DNA from: an uncultured Ignavibacteriota bacterium
GTDB taxonomy: Bacteria; Bacteroidota; Ignavibacteria; Palsa-1295
DNA: 64,000 nt
Direction: 5' to 3'
Assembly: GCA_903900335.1 (NCBI GenBank)
Contig: CAIUMP010000030.1
Span: forward strand, 8,068-72,067
In this document: positions 17,502 through 27,411 of the stretch, one piece after another
Layout of the letters: every line of letters starts with the position of its first letter
Numbering within the stretch: position 1 is the first letter of the stretch
The notes under the pieces: generated by a model
Seen by the model: only the letters and a program-made list of their open reading frames with translations
The model's database searches: none
What the model was told of the DNA's origin: nothing
Translations under genes and position numbers: made by a program

Positions 17502-19631
17502 TTAATGTATGATCGCGACTGCGACCGTCCCGATTGCCTCTCCTGCCGAGGTAACTCGCACGAACGCAACACCCGACATCGTCGGAAGCAGCAGTGGAAT
17601 ATTCTGAATGCCTTCGCCGAGCGATCCCACATCCTGCGTTCGGATTAGACGAGCTGCGGCATCGTAGAAGCTGAGCTTTACATCTTCAAGCTGCTTTGTT
17701 GCGCCGAGCTTGAGCGTGGCGTTGGTTGATGCGGGATTGGGCGAGACTTCGAGTAGACTGACGAGCGAAGTGGAGTAACGAACCAGGGCGCCACCGGAGA
17801 TGGTGTCTTTCTTCCCAACACCGACACCATGCAACAGAATTTGCGGTTGACTTCCATCCGTTGTTCCAATTGTTAGAAATCCGGTTGATGCCCCCGATTC
17901 AGTAGGTTTGAAAAGGACAACTATGGTGTCCGTTTCTCCTATTCCAAGCGTCAATGGTACCGTTGTAGTACTGACTGAGAACATCGGTGAATTCGTGATG
18001 GAGAGGGTGTTTATCGTTGCCAATATTCCTCCTGTATTTGTAATCGAGAATTGCTTCATCGAACTGGCTCCCGAATCCACATCGCCAAAGTTAAGCGTTG
18101 TTGGGTTAACTTCGATCTTCGAAACTACCAACACTCCCGTACCCAGCAGAACAATAGAATCGAAACTCGAGGCAGCCTCATCCGTCTCAATTACGAGTGT
18201 AGCGGGATAGGCAATTGGTTGCAATGGACTGAATTGAACAATAATTGATGCGCTGCCACCGGCAGGAATTACATAGGGAAGTGGAACTGCGAACTTGTAC
18301 GTACTCGCACTTTGCGCGATGCTATAATTGAGCATATGTAAGGTCGCATCGCCGGCATTGTGAATAGTAATCGTATCAAATCTCGTCGCATTGACTTTTA
18401 CTTGACCGAACGATACAATATACGTCGGAGTAGTGAATCTCCCCGTCGTCGTCGTCTCCGGCACCGTCCGCTTGTAATAAACAGCATGATACCCATCCCT
18501 CTGGTCAAGCCAAATGGTGTGAAGCGTCGAGCCATTCGCGAAAATGAACGGGCTGCCGGGATTGCCAGCACCACTGACCAGGGCGACGGGAGTATCCCAT
18601 GTTGTGCCTCCGTCACTTGAATGACGATAGGTGATGCCCGCGTTGCTACCGAAGAGAAACCACTCCGCATAAACATCGAAACCGTTGCGAGTTACGACGG
18701 GATAATCGCCGCCATTACCGGAAGTGAGTGGCTGCTCGGCGCTCCACGTTGCGCCATGATCCGAGGAGTGTTTGTAGAAAACCTGATACGTGGTCCGAAG
18801 ATCACCCCAGACGAAATCGACATTCGCACCGGAGGCATGGACGAACGGGAAGTACGATTTTGATGGAGGATTATTCCAGAGCGTCTCCGGTCCCCAGGTT
18901 ACGCCGTTGTCCGAAGACACACGCGCGTATGCTTTCATCTGTGCCTGCTTCGGGACAGTGTTGGTGCTGTCGCGATTGTCATTCCAGACAAGATAGACGT
19001 GCCCGTCGCTTGCGGAAATGGATGGATCTTCCGAGCGGCCAAGGGCATTCGAGATGCGCTTCACGGAATCCCAAGTTGTGCCGTTATCGGTAGAGCGTTG
19101 AAACCACACCTCGGTATTGCCGGGTGTGTTTGAGTTCAACGCAACGAAGACCATATTGCCCGCGCACGTGATTGAAGGCCACCAATACCAATTTCCGAAG
19201 AAGACTTTCGGCCCCCAGGTCTTGCCGCCATCGAGCGAACGGATGTAATAATTTACGTTCTGCGCACCAATCGTATCGCGCCACATAATGTGAACGGTGT
19301 TGCCGGATGCCGCGATTGAGGGAAGATCGGCATTGCTGGTTGCACCGGTGAGTTTGGTCTCGCCTGTCCAGGTCAGGCCACCATCGAACGAATGCTTGTA
19401 ATAGACACCATGATCCCCTGCCTTCGTGTTCGTCCACACGACATGAATACTATCGCCACTGACAGCGAGACACTGCCCCATGTTCTCATTGAGTCCGGCG
19501 GAAGTATCTAGGGTGGAAAGCCTTTGCTCCGTTGACCATTGGGCTAACAGGCCAGTTGGAAAGAGAAGTAGTGCAAAGAACAGAAGCCCGGAAATTCGGT
19601 CGAGATCAGTCGAGGAACGTGAGCAATTCAT
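17502..19631 (-). CDS. BNR/Asp-box repeat (sialidase-like beta-propeller) protein with Ig-like domains and a T9SS C-terminal sorting domain.
   Basis: There are at least six SxDxGxTW Asp-box motifs (SFDGGLTW, SLDGGKTW, STDNGTTW, SSDNGVTW, SSDHGATW, SSDGGTTW). The signal peptide is MNCSRSS...LLFFALLLFPTGLLAQ, so the likely start is ATG 19631; the track ORF begins at 19682. The C-terminus matches a T9SS sorting domain: LLEVSPNPAST...GVAFVRVTSAGEAIG. Confidence 0.8.
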   Translation of the reverse strand: MNCSRSSTDLDRISGLLFFALLLFPTGLLAQWSTEQRLSTLDTSAGLNENMGQCLAVSGDSIHVVWTNTKAGDHGVYYKHSFDGGLTWTGETKLTGATSNADLPSIAASGNTVHIMWRDTIGAQNVNYYIRSLDGGKTWGPKVFFGNWYWWPSITCAGNMVFVALNSNTPGNTEVWFQRSTDNGTTWDSVKRISNALGRSEDPSISASDGHVYLVWNDNRDSTNTVPKQAQMKAYARVSSDNGVTWGPETLWNNPPSKSYFPFVHASGANVDFVWGDLRTTYQVFYKHSSDHGATWSAEQPLTSGNGGDYPVVTRNGFDVYAEWFLFGSNAGITYRHSSDGGTTWDTPVALVSGAGNPGSPFIFANGSTLHTIWLDQRDGYHAVYYKRTVPETTTTGRFTTPTYIVSFGQVKVNATRFDTITIHNAGDATLHMLNYSIAQSASTYKFAVPLPYVIPAGGSASIIVQFSPLQPIAYPATLVIETDEAASSFDSIVLLGTGVLVVSKIEVNPTTLNFGDVDSGASSMKQFSITNTGGILATINTLSITNSPMFSVSTTTVPLTLGIGETDTIVVLFKPTESGASTGFLTIGTTDGSQPQILLHGVGVGKKDTISGGALVRYSTSLVSLLEVSPNPASTNATLKLGATKQLEDVKLSFYDAAARLIRTQDVGSLGEGIQNIPLLLPTMSGVAFVRVTSAGEAIGTVAVAIIH

Positions 19632-19793
19632 ATTGGGAACTCCTGCGAGTAAAAAATTGACAAGAATCTGCACAAAAGCCAAGATCTATTATTAATCGGG
19701 CAAATTACACACCGCGCATTGGTACTTTAACCAGAACAACTCGTCTCGTGGAAAGTCACACCAGTCCCCTATACAACAACGTTGATGTCGCAG

Positions 19794-20441
19794 CTAAAGA
19801 GGGAACATGGCGCCGAGACCAAAGCGGATATTCGAGAGGGTGATCTTCCCAATTGCCTCGGTACTGATGTTGCTCAACCCGAAGGCGTAGCCAATATCGC
19901 TGACCAGGAATGCGTCTTCAGAAAGGCGATATTGGATACCGCCACCCAGGTAAAAAGAAATGTCGGTCGATTTGATCGTTGAGTCTAAATTCGTGACCCC
20001 ATATCGCTCCGTCTTCACAGCAAGTTTGTAGCCGATCGAAGGCCCGGCCTCCATATAGAATTTCGCTAGCGTTGATCCTATCCCGACCTTTGCAAGAATT
20101 GGGATCTCGAGATAGGTATAGACGTCGCTCGCAGTAAAAGGAGAAACGACCTTGTATCCCTTCTGGTCGTAGAGGGCCTGGACGCTGATGGCCCACATGT
20201 CGTCGAACCACACATCCGCTTGAATACCGCCAGCAAATCCAACATGCGATGCAAAACCCGCACCCGCAAGCTCCGGATCGTGCACAGAACTAGACCAATC
20301 AGTGCCGATCCGCCCCCCGACGGAAATCTCTTGGGCAGACGCGCAGCTCACGCCAGCAAAAAAGATCACAAGTGCGATCGTTACGACCGTTCGTGTTCTC
20401 GCACTGCCATCATTCCACTCTTTGATTGATCCTCGAAGCAT
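19794..20441 (-). CDS. Outer-membrane beta-barrel protein (PorT/OMP_b-brl family).
   Basis: It has a signal peptide (TVVTIALVIFFAGVSCASAQ), alternating beta-strands, and a C-terminal GLGAMFPL with an aromatic residue. It is a paralogue of the next gene. Confidence 0.65.
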   Translation of the reverse strand: MLRGSIKEWNDGSARTRTVVTIALVIFFAGVSCASAQEISVGGRIGTDWSSSVHDPELAGAGFASHVGFAGGIQADVWFDDMWAISVQALYDQKGYKVVSPFTASDVYTYLEIPILAKVGIGSTLAKFYMEAGPSIGYKLAVKTERYGVTNLDSTIKSTDISFYLGGGIQYRLSEDAFLVSDIGYAFGLSNISTEAIGKITLSNIRFGLGAMFPL

Positions 20442-20459
20442 GTCAGTAGGACTTCGAAA

Positions 20460-21206
20460 TTAAATCGGCCACATGGCACCGAGCCCGATGCGTATATCAC
20501 CCGATTTGGAAGTAGTATGGTCGATCGGGTTAGGAAAACTACCACCAACGGTTACGGTGCGTGGTGGATTCGATTTATAGATATTGCTGATTCCAGCGGA
20601 GTAACCCGCATCGAAGAAGATCGTGGGCCCGTTATAAATATGGTCAATAAAGCCAGCCCCAAAATCAATCGAAATATCGAGGCTTTGCAGGAAAGGCTTT
20701 ACATCTCCGATAGCCGAGATCAGTCCCGTCGTTTTGTCCGATCCAGAAAGAAGCAGACCGAACGAGGGCCCGACAAAGACATACGGCATCACGTCACCGT
20801 ACCCAAGAGCGTACTTTAGATGAATTGGGATCTCCAAGTAATTCAACGTAAAATCATCCGTTCCCGAACAAATGGTATCGATGTTCCTTGTTGTGTCAGT
20901 AAATCTGTGATTGATAGATCCCTCGGAATACGTCTCCGACGCACCCTTCTGATTGTAGAGGACACTCAATCCAATTCCCCAGTTATCACTGAACCAGTGC
21001 TCTACTTGGGCACCACCGAGAATACCGAATTTGAGTCCGGAGGTAGTACCATCCGTGGTGGTACCCGATGACTGCCCGCCCAAAGTAGTACCAACTCTAA
21101 TGCCGACGAGCGTGCTGGGGTTCTGAAACTGTTGTCCGCGGGTTGTCTGGATCACTGACGCGGAAACCGAAAAGAATGCAAGGAAAGCGATGAAGTATTT
21201 TTTCAT
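20460..21206 (-). CDS. Outer-membrane beta-barrel protein (PorT/OMP_b-brl family), tandem paralogue.
   Basis: It has a signal peptide, MKKYFIAFLAFFSVSASV. The YLEIPIHLKYALGY motif is shared with the neighbour (YLEIPILAKVGIG). The C-terminus is RIGLGAMWPI. Confidence 0.7.
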   Translation of the reverse strand: MKKYFIAFLAFFSVSASVIQTTRGQQFQNPSTLVGIRVGTTLGGQSSGTTTDGTTSGLKFGILGGAQVEHWFSDNWGIGLSVLYNQKGASETYSEGSINHRFTDTTRNIDTICSGTDDFTLNYLEIPIHLKYALGYGDVMPYVFVGPSFGLLLSGSDKTTGLISAIGDVKPFLQSLDISIDFGAGFIDHIYNGPTIFFDAGYSAGISNIYKSNPPRTVTVGGSFPNPIDHTTSKSGDIRIGLGAMWPI

Positions 21207-21300
21207 AAGTTCTGCAATATAATATATTGATAATGGTCAGGACTGAATGCGGACTTGCAAAACTGTCCAAGGACGCCAAAATTAGCGTGCGAGGCAAACG

Positions 21301-23418
21301 CTAAAACGCCCATTGAACGCTTATATGACTTTCCATTTGTGCACTGCGGCTGTAGGAGGAAAGATCATAGGACTGGCTCCTGATCCATGCATACCAAATC
21401 GAACCGGTAAGCTCCGGACCTTTGCCTTCGCTCCGCAGCAGTGAGAGAAGGAACATCGGACCAATGCGGGTTTGGCGCTGAAGCTCCGTGAAAAGTGCTG
21501 CGCTGGAGGGTCCGCCGACGGACCTTCCTGATTGGCTCAACAAGAATCCGCGAGCCCCCAGTCTCACATTCCACGGGGCCCGCCCCGATTTGGAAGCGAT
21601 CCCCAACAGCACTGCTGCGCCAAGTTCTGTTACCTGTGCATCTCGACGTTCACTAAAGGCAGTTTCATTGTAGCTCCCGCGTTCGCTCACGCGAAGCGTC
21701 AATCCTTCCTCCAAGGTCAACGATTCCTCGTTCTGGAGCGGCCGGAGACCTAATGGAAATGCTATCGAATCCGAGACGGTGATCCCTCGAAGAAGGTAGT
21801 TGCCGACCGCCTGAAGACTCGGTAGTGAATTCAAGTAGTCGAGTACCGTGTAATTGACGAATATCTCAGCATGCACATGCGTCAGCAGAGTGGGTGCCGC
21901 ATAGAAGGCATCCGTCCCAAAGGAGAGAGATTGGGTGATGTTGTTTTGGGAGCTCCGGTCACTTCGCAGGTAGACCAGATGAGTCCGTGACGCGGTTATA
22001 TCCACATTCGCGGCCAGTTCGTCACTGAGTACCTTGTTGTATCGAAGATCGGCACTGGTGACCAGTTCGTCGTGATCATCAGCATTAAGATCACTCGGAG
22101 TGTCATAATTCAACAGTCGGATGTTGGATTCCAAATGCACCATGTCGCGCAATGACGGAGCTAGGTGAATCGACACCCCGGCGGCGGTCGAACGGGCTGA
22201 GTAGCTCGCCTGATCCAAAGTTTGCGTGAGTTTCGAAACAAAGGCAGGGTCAGTGCCGGCAATTTCGCTGGCGAGTAGCCGAACGTTCTCGGAGCGCTCT
22301 TCATAGCGAATTTGCGCTTCCGCCCCATAGCGTCTTGCCGGGTCCAGCTCGTAGTCGAGACGACCGGACGCCGCTAAGCGGAGGGAGGCCACCTCATTGG
22401 GTGCAAGCAAGCTCGAAAGTGTCGATACAGTCGGCGTCGAGAAGAGATTCGATTCGGACGCATCACTTCTTCGTACGATGGACTTGGGTTCAAATTCAAG
22501 GCTCGCGTTTCCAGCAAGGTGCTCTTCGGCGACTGGAAAACTCAGAGAGTCCGAGAGCAGCAGCGAGTACTCCGTCCTCTCCTGCTTGATCGCTTGTTGG
22601 CCAGCACCCGAGTTCGAGTCGGAAGCAAAAAAGTAGTCTCGGCGAAGCAGACCTGCATTTAGTTGCGCCACATTGACACCCGCTGAGGAAACCCCCGATG
22701 CAATAGGACTTGAAGGGCGCCTATCATCGGTCCCAAGCAGTGAACTTACCGCTCTTATGACAAGTCGATCATTGGAGTACCGTTGGCTCCGTGCATTGTA
22801 GAAACGCTCATCAGCAAGCAACGATGAGGAGAGCGAGGTGTTCTCGCTTAGAGTTTCCATGGGAGCGGAGATTTCCCCCCGCACCATTCCACCATATGTG
22901 CTAAGCTCGGGCTGCGACTGACGTGCAATACCTCCACCGGCCGAGAGCGCAATATCGGTCTGGGGTACGTGCGACCGCAAGCCAACAATACCAAAGCCGT
23001 CCGTTTGATGTGTAATGAATGAAGATGTGCTAAGACCCGGCAACGCGGACGTTAGGTAGGAACTTGCAAAGAACATGACGAAGGGATCAAAGGGCAGTTC
23101 CGAGCCGAGATTCAATTCCCAGTTTATGAAACCGGTAGCTTCTGAGGATGTGATTGAGTTGTCCTGGAGGAATCGGGACTTCCCGGTGAGCCCGACTGAG
23201 TCGAACGCAGCATCTTTGGGACGAAGATCGTTTGATGCCAGCCGAAAGGGCCAAGGATCCGAGTACAGGAAATTCGCACGCCACTCATAGATCGAAAGTA
23301 CATGATCGAACGACATGGTAGCCACCGGTCTGACATCCTGCGATACCTGTGACTGGGCCTCCCGCGCCTGGGCGAGGACCAGGAGGGCAAGAATCACTGA
23401 GGCCAGGGCATACTTCAC
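21301..23418 (-). CDS. Large (705-aa) predicted outer-membrane beta-barrel protein, hypothetical.
   Basis: It has a signal peptide, MKYALASVILALLVLAQAREAQSQ. Ser/Leu-rich amphipathic strands run throughout. It ends in HISVQWAF with a C-terminal Phe. Confidence 0.55.
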   Translation of the reverse strand: MKYALASVILALLVLAQAREAQSQVSQDVRPVATMSFDHVLSIYEWRANFLYSDPWPFRLASNDLRPKDAAFDSVGLTGKSRFLQDNSITSSEATGFINWELNLGSELPFDPFVMFFASSYLTSALPGLSTSSFITHQTDGFGIVGLRSHVPQTDIALSAGGGIARQSQPELSTYGGMVRGEISAPMETLSENTSLSSSLLADERFYNARSQRYSNDRLVIRAVSSLLGTDDRRPSSPIASGVSSAGVNVAQLNAGLLRRDYFFASDSNSGAGQQAIKQERTEYSLLLSDSLSFPVAEEHLAGNASLEFEPKSIVRRSDASESNLFSTPTVSTLSSLLAPNEVASLRLAASGRLDYELDPARRYGAEAQIRYEERSENVRLLASEIAGTDPAFVSKLTQTLDQASYSARSTAAGVSIHLAPSLRDMVHLESNIRLLNYDTPSDLNADDHDELVTSADLRYNKVLSDELAANVDITASRTHLVYLRSDRSSQNNITQSLSFGTDAFYAAPTLLTHVHAEIFVNYTVLDYLNSLPSLQAVGNYLLRGITVSDSIAFPLGLRPLQNEESLTLEEGLTLRVSERGSYNETAFSERRDAQVTELGAAVLLGIASKSGRAPWNVRLGARGFLLSQSGRSVGGPSSAALFTELQRQTRIGPMFLLSLLRSEGKGPELTGSIWYAWIRSQSYDLSSYSRSAQMESHISVQWAF

Positions 23419-23547
23419 GGCAGCAAAAATAGGGATTCGGAAGCCACGGCGAACAATTTGCGTATATTTGAGCTAGATAGTTTGTTCGAATAATGCCCGG
23501 ATGATTGCTCTCGACCAAAGGTTGAAGAGGCACACCGCTCCACGAAT

Positions 23548-24159
23548 TTGCCAGAATCAAACGAGATGGTTGACAAAGCTCCCATGTCCTCTACGCTTCC
23601 AATGCAGCAGCATACGGACGAGATGATCTATTGCCATCCTAACGACCTTACATGTGAGCACCTTCATTTAGGTCCGGAAGAGCAGATTGAATATTTCAAG
23701 CGACGATACTCGGCCCTGCTTATTCATCTTGATCGGCTCCGACCTGTACTTGCCAGCGCTGACGCGTTGTATCACCCGGAAGGAGCTGAGCTGTCCGTGA
23801 AGGAAATTCTTGGCCATCTCATTGATACCGACAGAGAAATCTGGTGGCCGCGTATAAGAAGTATTCTCGACACCAATATCCCAATCCTACCAGATATTAA
23901 TATTGATGACCACGCAATAAGAGCACGATGGCGAAGCATTCCTCTCGAGGACGTCTTTTACCAGTTGATGCGCATACGCTGGGATTTCGCAATGAACTTA
24001 GCGCAATTGCCACGTTCTGCTCTCGAACGACAGGGCAACCTTTCAGGGGTAGGCCCTTTAAGTATTTTACAGATCCTGCAAATGCTAGTTGCACATGACG
24101 CACATTATTTGGAGAAATTGAATGACATCGCTAACCTGACAGGTAGGATACCTGCATAG
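23548..24159 (+). CDS. DinB/YfiT-like (DinB_2 superfamily) metal-binding four-helix-bundle protein.
   Basis: His-containing motifs HLIDTDREIWWPRI and LVAHDAHYLEKL match the conserved His triad of the DinB family. The start may be an internal Met. Confidence 0.5.
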   Translation: MPESNEMVDKAPMSSTLPMQQHTDEMIYCHPNDLTCEHLHLGPEEQIEYFKRRYSALLIHLDRLRPVLASADALYHPEGAELSVKEILGHLIDTDREIWWPRIRSILDTNIPILPDINIDDHAIRARWRSIPLEDVFYQLMRIRWDFAMNLAQLPRSALERQGNLSGVGPLSILQILQMLVAHDAHYLEKLNDIANLTGRIPA

Positions 24160-24208
24160 CCCGTCGCATTTAATCTTCAGGGGATGGGCCACTATTCAAT
24201 ACCTTTGC

Positions 24209-24997
24209 TCATCCCAAGTAGCGCACAGCAAGCTGTCTCTGCACAACCTCGTCGCCCTTCTTCTCAACATAGAATGCCCTGGATGTAGGCTTAGAGGAAA
24301 TAGCCTCCGCAAACTGCCCGTTAACAAAATGCAACGCCGCGCCGTCATCGGCGGCATAACCGGCGGCAAGACCCTCCGCGATGAACTTCTGGTATTGCGG
24401 CTCTCGTAGCGCCTCGGAGTCATAATGCGGGCAATTGCTGCCCTTGATAAATCCAAGTCCGTCGTTGATCGGAGCGAGATCGAGTCCGAAGGAATCCGTA
24501 ACGCCGCACTCGAACCAGCAGAGCGAGCCAGCGCTAGTGCCGCACATCACAATTCCCGCTTCGTAGGCCTCCCGCAATATCTCATCCACACCATGCACGC
24601 GCCAGATGGCGAGCATGTTCGCCGTGTTGCCTCCGCCGACGTAGATCACGTGTTGCGCAAGCAGATAGCTCCGCAGATCCTTGATCTCGCGATTGAAAAG
24701 CTTGAGTTGTGTGGCCTCGCACAGATCGGGTGAATAACGCTGAACGAAAACGTCCATGTAGGCAGGCGTATCGCCACCAGCTGTCGGGATGAAGCAGACG
24801 TTCGGCCTCTCAACTCCGGTGAGTCCGAGCACAAAGTTGGCGCTTAACTTATTTTGCGGGTTCAGGTAGAATCCGTCACCGCCAAAGGCTATTACGTGTT
24901 TGTCTTTCAAGAGTCTACTAATTGTATGGGTGGAGGTGCAGTAGCGTAATTCGGGGGTGCAAATATACAAGGCTTTAGTGGTGTTGTTCTGTTCCAT
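24209..24997 (-). CDS. Peptidase S51 family (dipeptidase E/cyanophycinase-like) protein.
   Basis: VIYVGGGNTANMLAIW...IVMCGTSAGS carries the nucleophile Ser in the GTSAG context, and the fold resembles class-I glutamine amidotransferases. The product is 262 aa. Confidence 0.7.
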   Translation of the reverse strand: MEQNNTTKALYICTPELRYCTSTHTISRLLKDKHVIAFGGDGFYLNPQNKLSANFVLGLTGVERPNVCFIPTAGGDTPAYMDVFVQRYSPDLCEATQLKLFNREIKDLRSYLLAQHVIYVGGGNTANMLAIWRVHGVDEILREAYEAGIVMCGTSAGSLCWFECGVTDSFGLDLAPINDGLGFIKGSNCPHYDSEALREPQYQKFIAEGLAAGYAADDGAALHFVNGQFAEAISSKPTSRAFYVEKKGDEVVQRQLAVRYLG

Positions 24998-25084
24998 AAG
25001 AATTCTCTAAATTCATTGCTTGTTCTCGCCACTTCGAAACTTCCCGCTCACCGCGCCGTGAGACAAAGACCCTAAACATCATAC

Positions 25085-26668
25085 ATGGCAAAAGGCAACA
25101 TTCTCTGGGTCGATGACGAAATCGACCTGCTCCGACCCCACATTCTGCTCCTCGAACAGCGCGGCTATGCCGTCCGCACCGCCATGAGCGGGGAGGATGC
25201 TGTCGCGGTTTTTTCCGAAGTGCCGGTGGATCTCGTCTTCTTAGATGAGAACATGCCGGGGATGGGAGGACTCCAAACCCTCGAAGCGCTGAAGGCTCTG
25301 CGACCCGAGACGCCAATCGTGATGGTGACCAAATCCGAAGAAGAGGATTTGATGGAGCAGGCCATCGGCAAGAAGATTTCCGACTACCTGACGAAGCCGG
25401 TCAACCCCACACAGGTCTTGCTCGCGGTGAAGAAATTTCTCGAAGGGCGGCAGATCATGAGTGAAGCCGTCTCGCGTGATTACACGCAGGAGTTTGCACG
25501 CTCGGCTCAAGATCTGATGAATGCGCGCACCGCGGATGATTGGATACAGCTTTATGCCAAGATCGTCCAATGGGAAATGGAGCTTGACGAGCACGGCGGC
25601 CTCGGACTTCGCCAAACCCTGCTCGATCAAAAGCGCGAGATGAACTCCGAGTTTGCAAAATTCGTCGAACGCAACTACCGCGATTGGGTGAATACGATCT
25701 ACGTAGAATCCAACGCGAAGAACCGCCCACCGCTATCGCCGGATATTGTAGAGCAATGGGTTCTGCCGCATGTGCAGTCCGACACGAAGCCGCATGTCAT
25801 CTTCTTCGTCATCGACTGCATGAGGCTTGACCAGTGGCTAATCATGGAGGCGGAGCTACGCAATCTCTTCAAGATCAACCGCGAGTATCATTTCGGCATT
25901 CTTCCCACGGCAACGCCGTATGCGCGCAATGCTATCTTCTCCGGCCTCTTCCCATCCGAGTTCGGGAAGCTTTATCCTAACATGTGGGGCACAGGCGATG
26001 ACGACGAGAACTCGCTCAACAAGGATGAAGCTTCGATGCTAACGAAGCTACTCGAACGCAAGCGAATCAAGCTTCGAAACGATCTCAAATACATCAAGAT
26101 CATCGACCGCGATTACGGCACCGGCATTGCACAGAATATCACAACGACCGCGAAGAATCATCTCACAGCCATCGTTGTGAATTTCGTGGACATGCTCGCG
26201 CATACACGAAGCGACTCGCCGGTGCTGAAAGAGATTGCGCCAGATGAAAGCGCGTATCGCTCACTCACACGCTCGTGGTTCTTGCATTCGAGTTTATACG
26301 AGATGTTCAAGTCACTCGCGAATGTGCCAAATTTAAAAATCGTCGTTTCTACCGATCACGGTTCCATCCGTGCACTTCGTGGTGCAAAGGTCATCGGTGA
26401 CCGCGATACCTCCACCAGTCTGCGCTACAAATACGGACGCAACGTGAAGGCAGAAGAAAAGCAGGCGATGATCATCAAGCACCCCGAAGAGTGTAAGCTG
26501 CCCGTTCGTGGAACAGCCGCAAACTACATCATTGCAAAGGAAGACTACTACTTCGTCTATCCGACCGACTACCACAAATTTCTCAACTACTACCGCGACA
26601 CATTCCAGCATGGCGGCATCTCCATGGAGGAAGTGATTTTGCCGGTGATCACGATGGAGGCGAAGTAG
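25085..26668 (+). CDS. porX: PorX-type response regulator: CheY-like receiver fused to a PglZ (alkaline-phosphatase superfamily) domain.
   Basis: The N-terminal receiver reads ILWVDDEIDLL...DLVFLDENMPGMGG...IVMVTKS...TKP. A ~400-aa PglZ-like domain follows (HVIFFVIDCMRLDQW, NAIFSGLFP, VVSTDHGS). The length, 527 aa, matches P. gingivalis PorX at about 518 aa. Confidence 0.8.
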   Translation: MAKGNILWVDDEIDLLRPHILLLEQRGYAVRTAMSGEDAVAVFSEVPVDLVFLDENMPGMGGLQTLEALKALRPETPIVMVTKSEEEDLMEQAIGKKISDYLTKPVNPTQVLLAVKKFLEGRQIMSEAVSRDYTQEFARSAQDLMNARTADDWIQLYAKIVQWEMELDEHGGLGLRQTLLDQKREMNSEFAKFVERNYRDWVNTIYVESNAKNRPPLSPDIVEQWVLPHVQSDTKPHVIFFVIDCMRLDQWLIMEAELRNLFKINREYHFGILPTATPYARNAIFSGLFPSEFGKLYPNMWGTGDDDENSLNKDEASMLTKLLERKRIKLRNDLKYIKIIDRDYGTGIAQNITTTAKNHLTAIVVNFVDMLAHTRSDSPVLKEIAPDESAYRSLTRSWFLHSSLYEMFKSLANVPNLKIVVSTDHGSIRALRGAKVIGDRDTSTSLRYKYGRNVKAEEKQAMIIKHPEECKLPVRGTAANYIIAKEDYYFVYPTDYHKFLNYYRDTFQHGGISMEEVILPVITMEAK

Positions 26669-26708
26669 AGCGCGGAATTCAATCGCGGAAAAAGTGCTTA
26701 TTTAGTTC

Positions 26709-27026
26709 ATGACATCAGTCCAAATCCGAGACTTCACCAACGAAATTGCGCGCCGCTTCCTGCCGGAGCGCATCATCATGTTTGGCTCACAAGCAAACGG
26801 AACGTCGGATCGAGACTCGGATGTCGATCTTTTAGTCGTGATGGATTACGACGGCCCCGCACCACACAAAGCCGCCGAGATTCTCTCTTCCATCAATCCA
26901 GATTTCTCTGTTGACTTGCTCGTCCGCAAACGATCAGAATTGGAGGAGCGTCTTCGGTTGAATGACTTCTTCTTCCGCGATCTCGTCTCGAAAGGCCAAA
27001 TCATGTATGAAGCAAGTCACGCTTGA
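26709..27026 (+). CDS. MNT-type nucleotidyltransferase (antitoxin component of a HEPN/MNT module).
   Basis: FGSQANGTSDRDSDVDLLVV is the pol-beta-superfamily GS...DxD motif. The product is 105 aa. Confidence 0.75.
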   Translation: MTSVQIRDFTNEIARRFLPERIIMFGSQANGTSDRDSDVDLLVVMDYDGPAPHKAAEILSSINPDFSVDLLVRKRSELEERLRLNDFFFRDLVSKGQIMYEASHA

Positions 27027-27408
27027 TTGGGTTGATAAGGCGGAGGATGACTTTGCGACAATGTCTCGTGAGTTCGTTGCACGAGGTCGAATGAATTATG
27101 CCGGAGTCTGTTTCCATGCCCAACAATGTGTCGAAAAGCTCTTGAAGGCTTATCTCTTCGAGCACGATATTGAATTCACGTACACTCACGATATTCGGCG
27201 ACTGCTAAATCTCGCGATTGCCCTTCAACCCATGTGGTCAGATTTCCTTGATGAATCTTCAAGGTTGACTTCCTATGCTGTTGAGGCACGCTCTCCCGGG
27301 AGTATAGCGACGAAGGAACTGGCTGCCAATGCGATTCGTATTTGTCGTGAGATGCGGAAGAAGATTCTCATTGCTCTCGACCTTCCCGACGAATTGGCTT
27401 ACGACTAA
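27007..27408 (+). CDS. HEPN domain protein (toxin component of a HEPN/MNT module).
   Basis: It starts MKQVTLDWVDKAEDDF and has a conserved THDIRRLLNLA helix (the HEPN THDL-type motif). It overlaps the MNT gene by 20 nt. The track ORF starts earlier, at 26962. Confidence 0.7.
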   Translation: MKQVTLDWVDKAEDDFATMSREFVARGRMNYAGVCFHAQQCVEKLLKAYLFEHDIEFTYTHDIRRLLNLAIALQPMWSDFLDESSRLTSYAVEARSPGSIATKELAANAIRICREMRKKILIALDLPDELAYD

Positions 27409-27411
27409 CCC

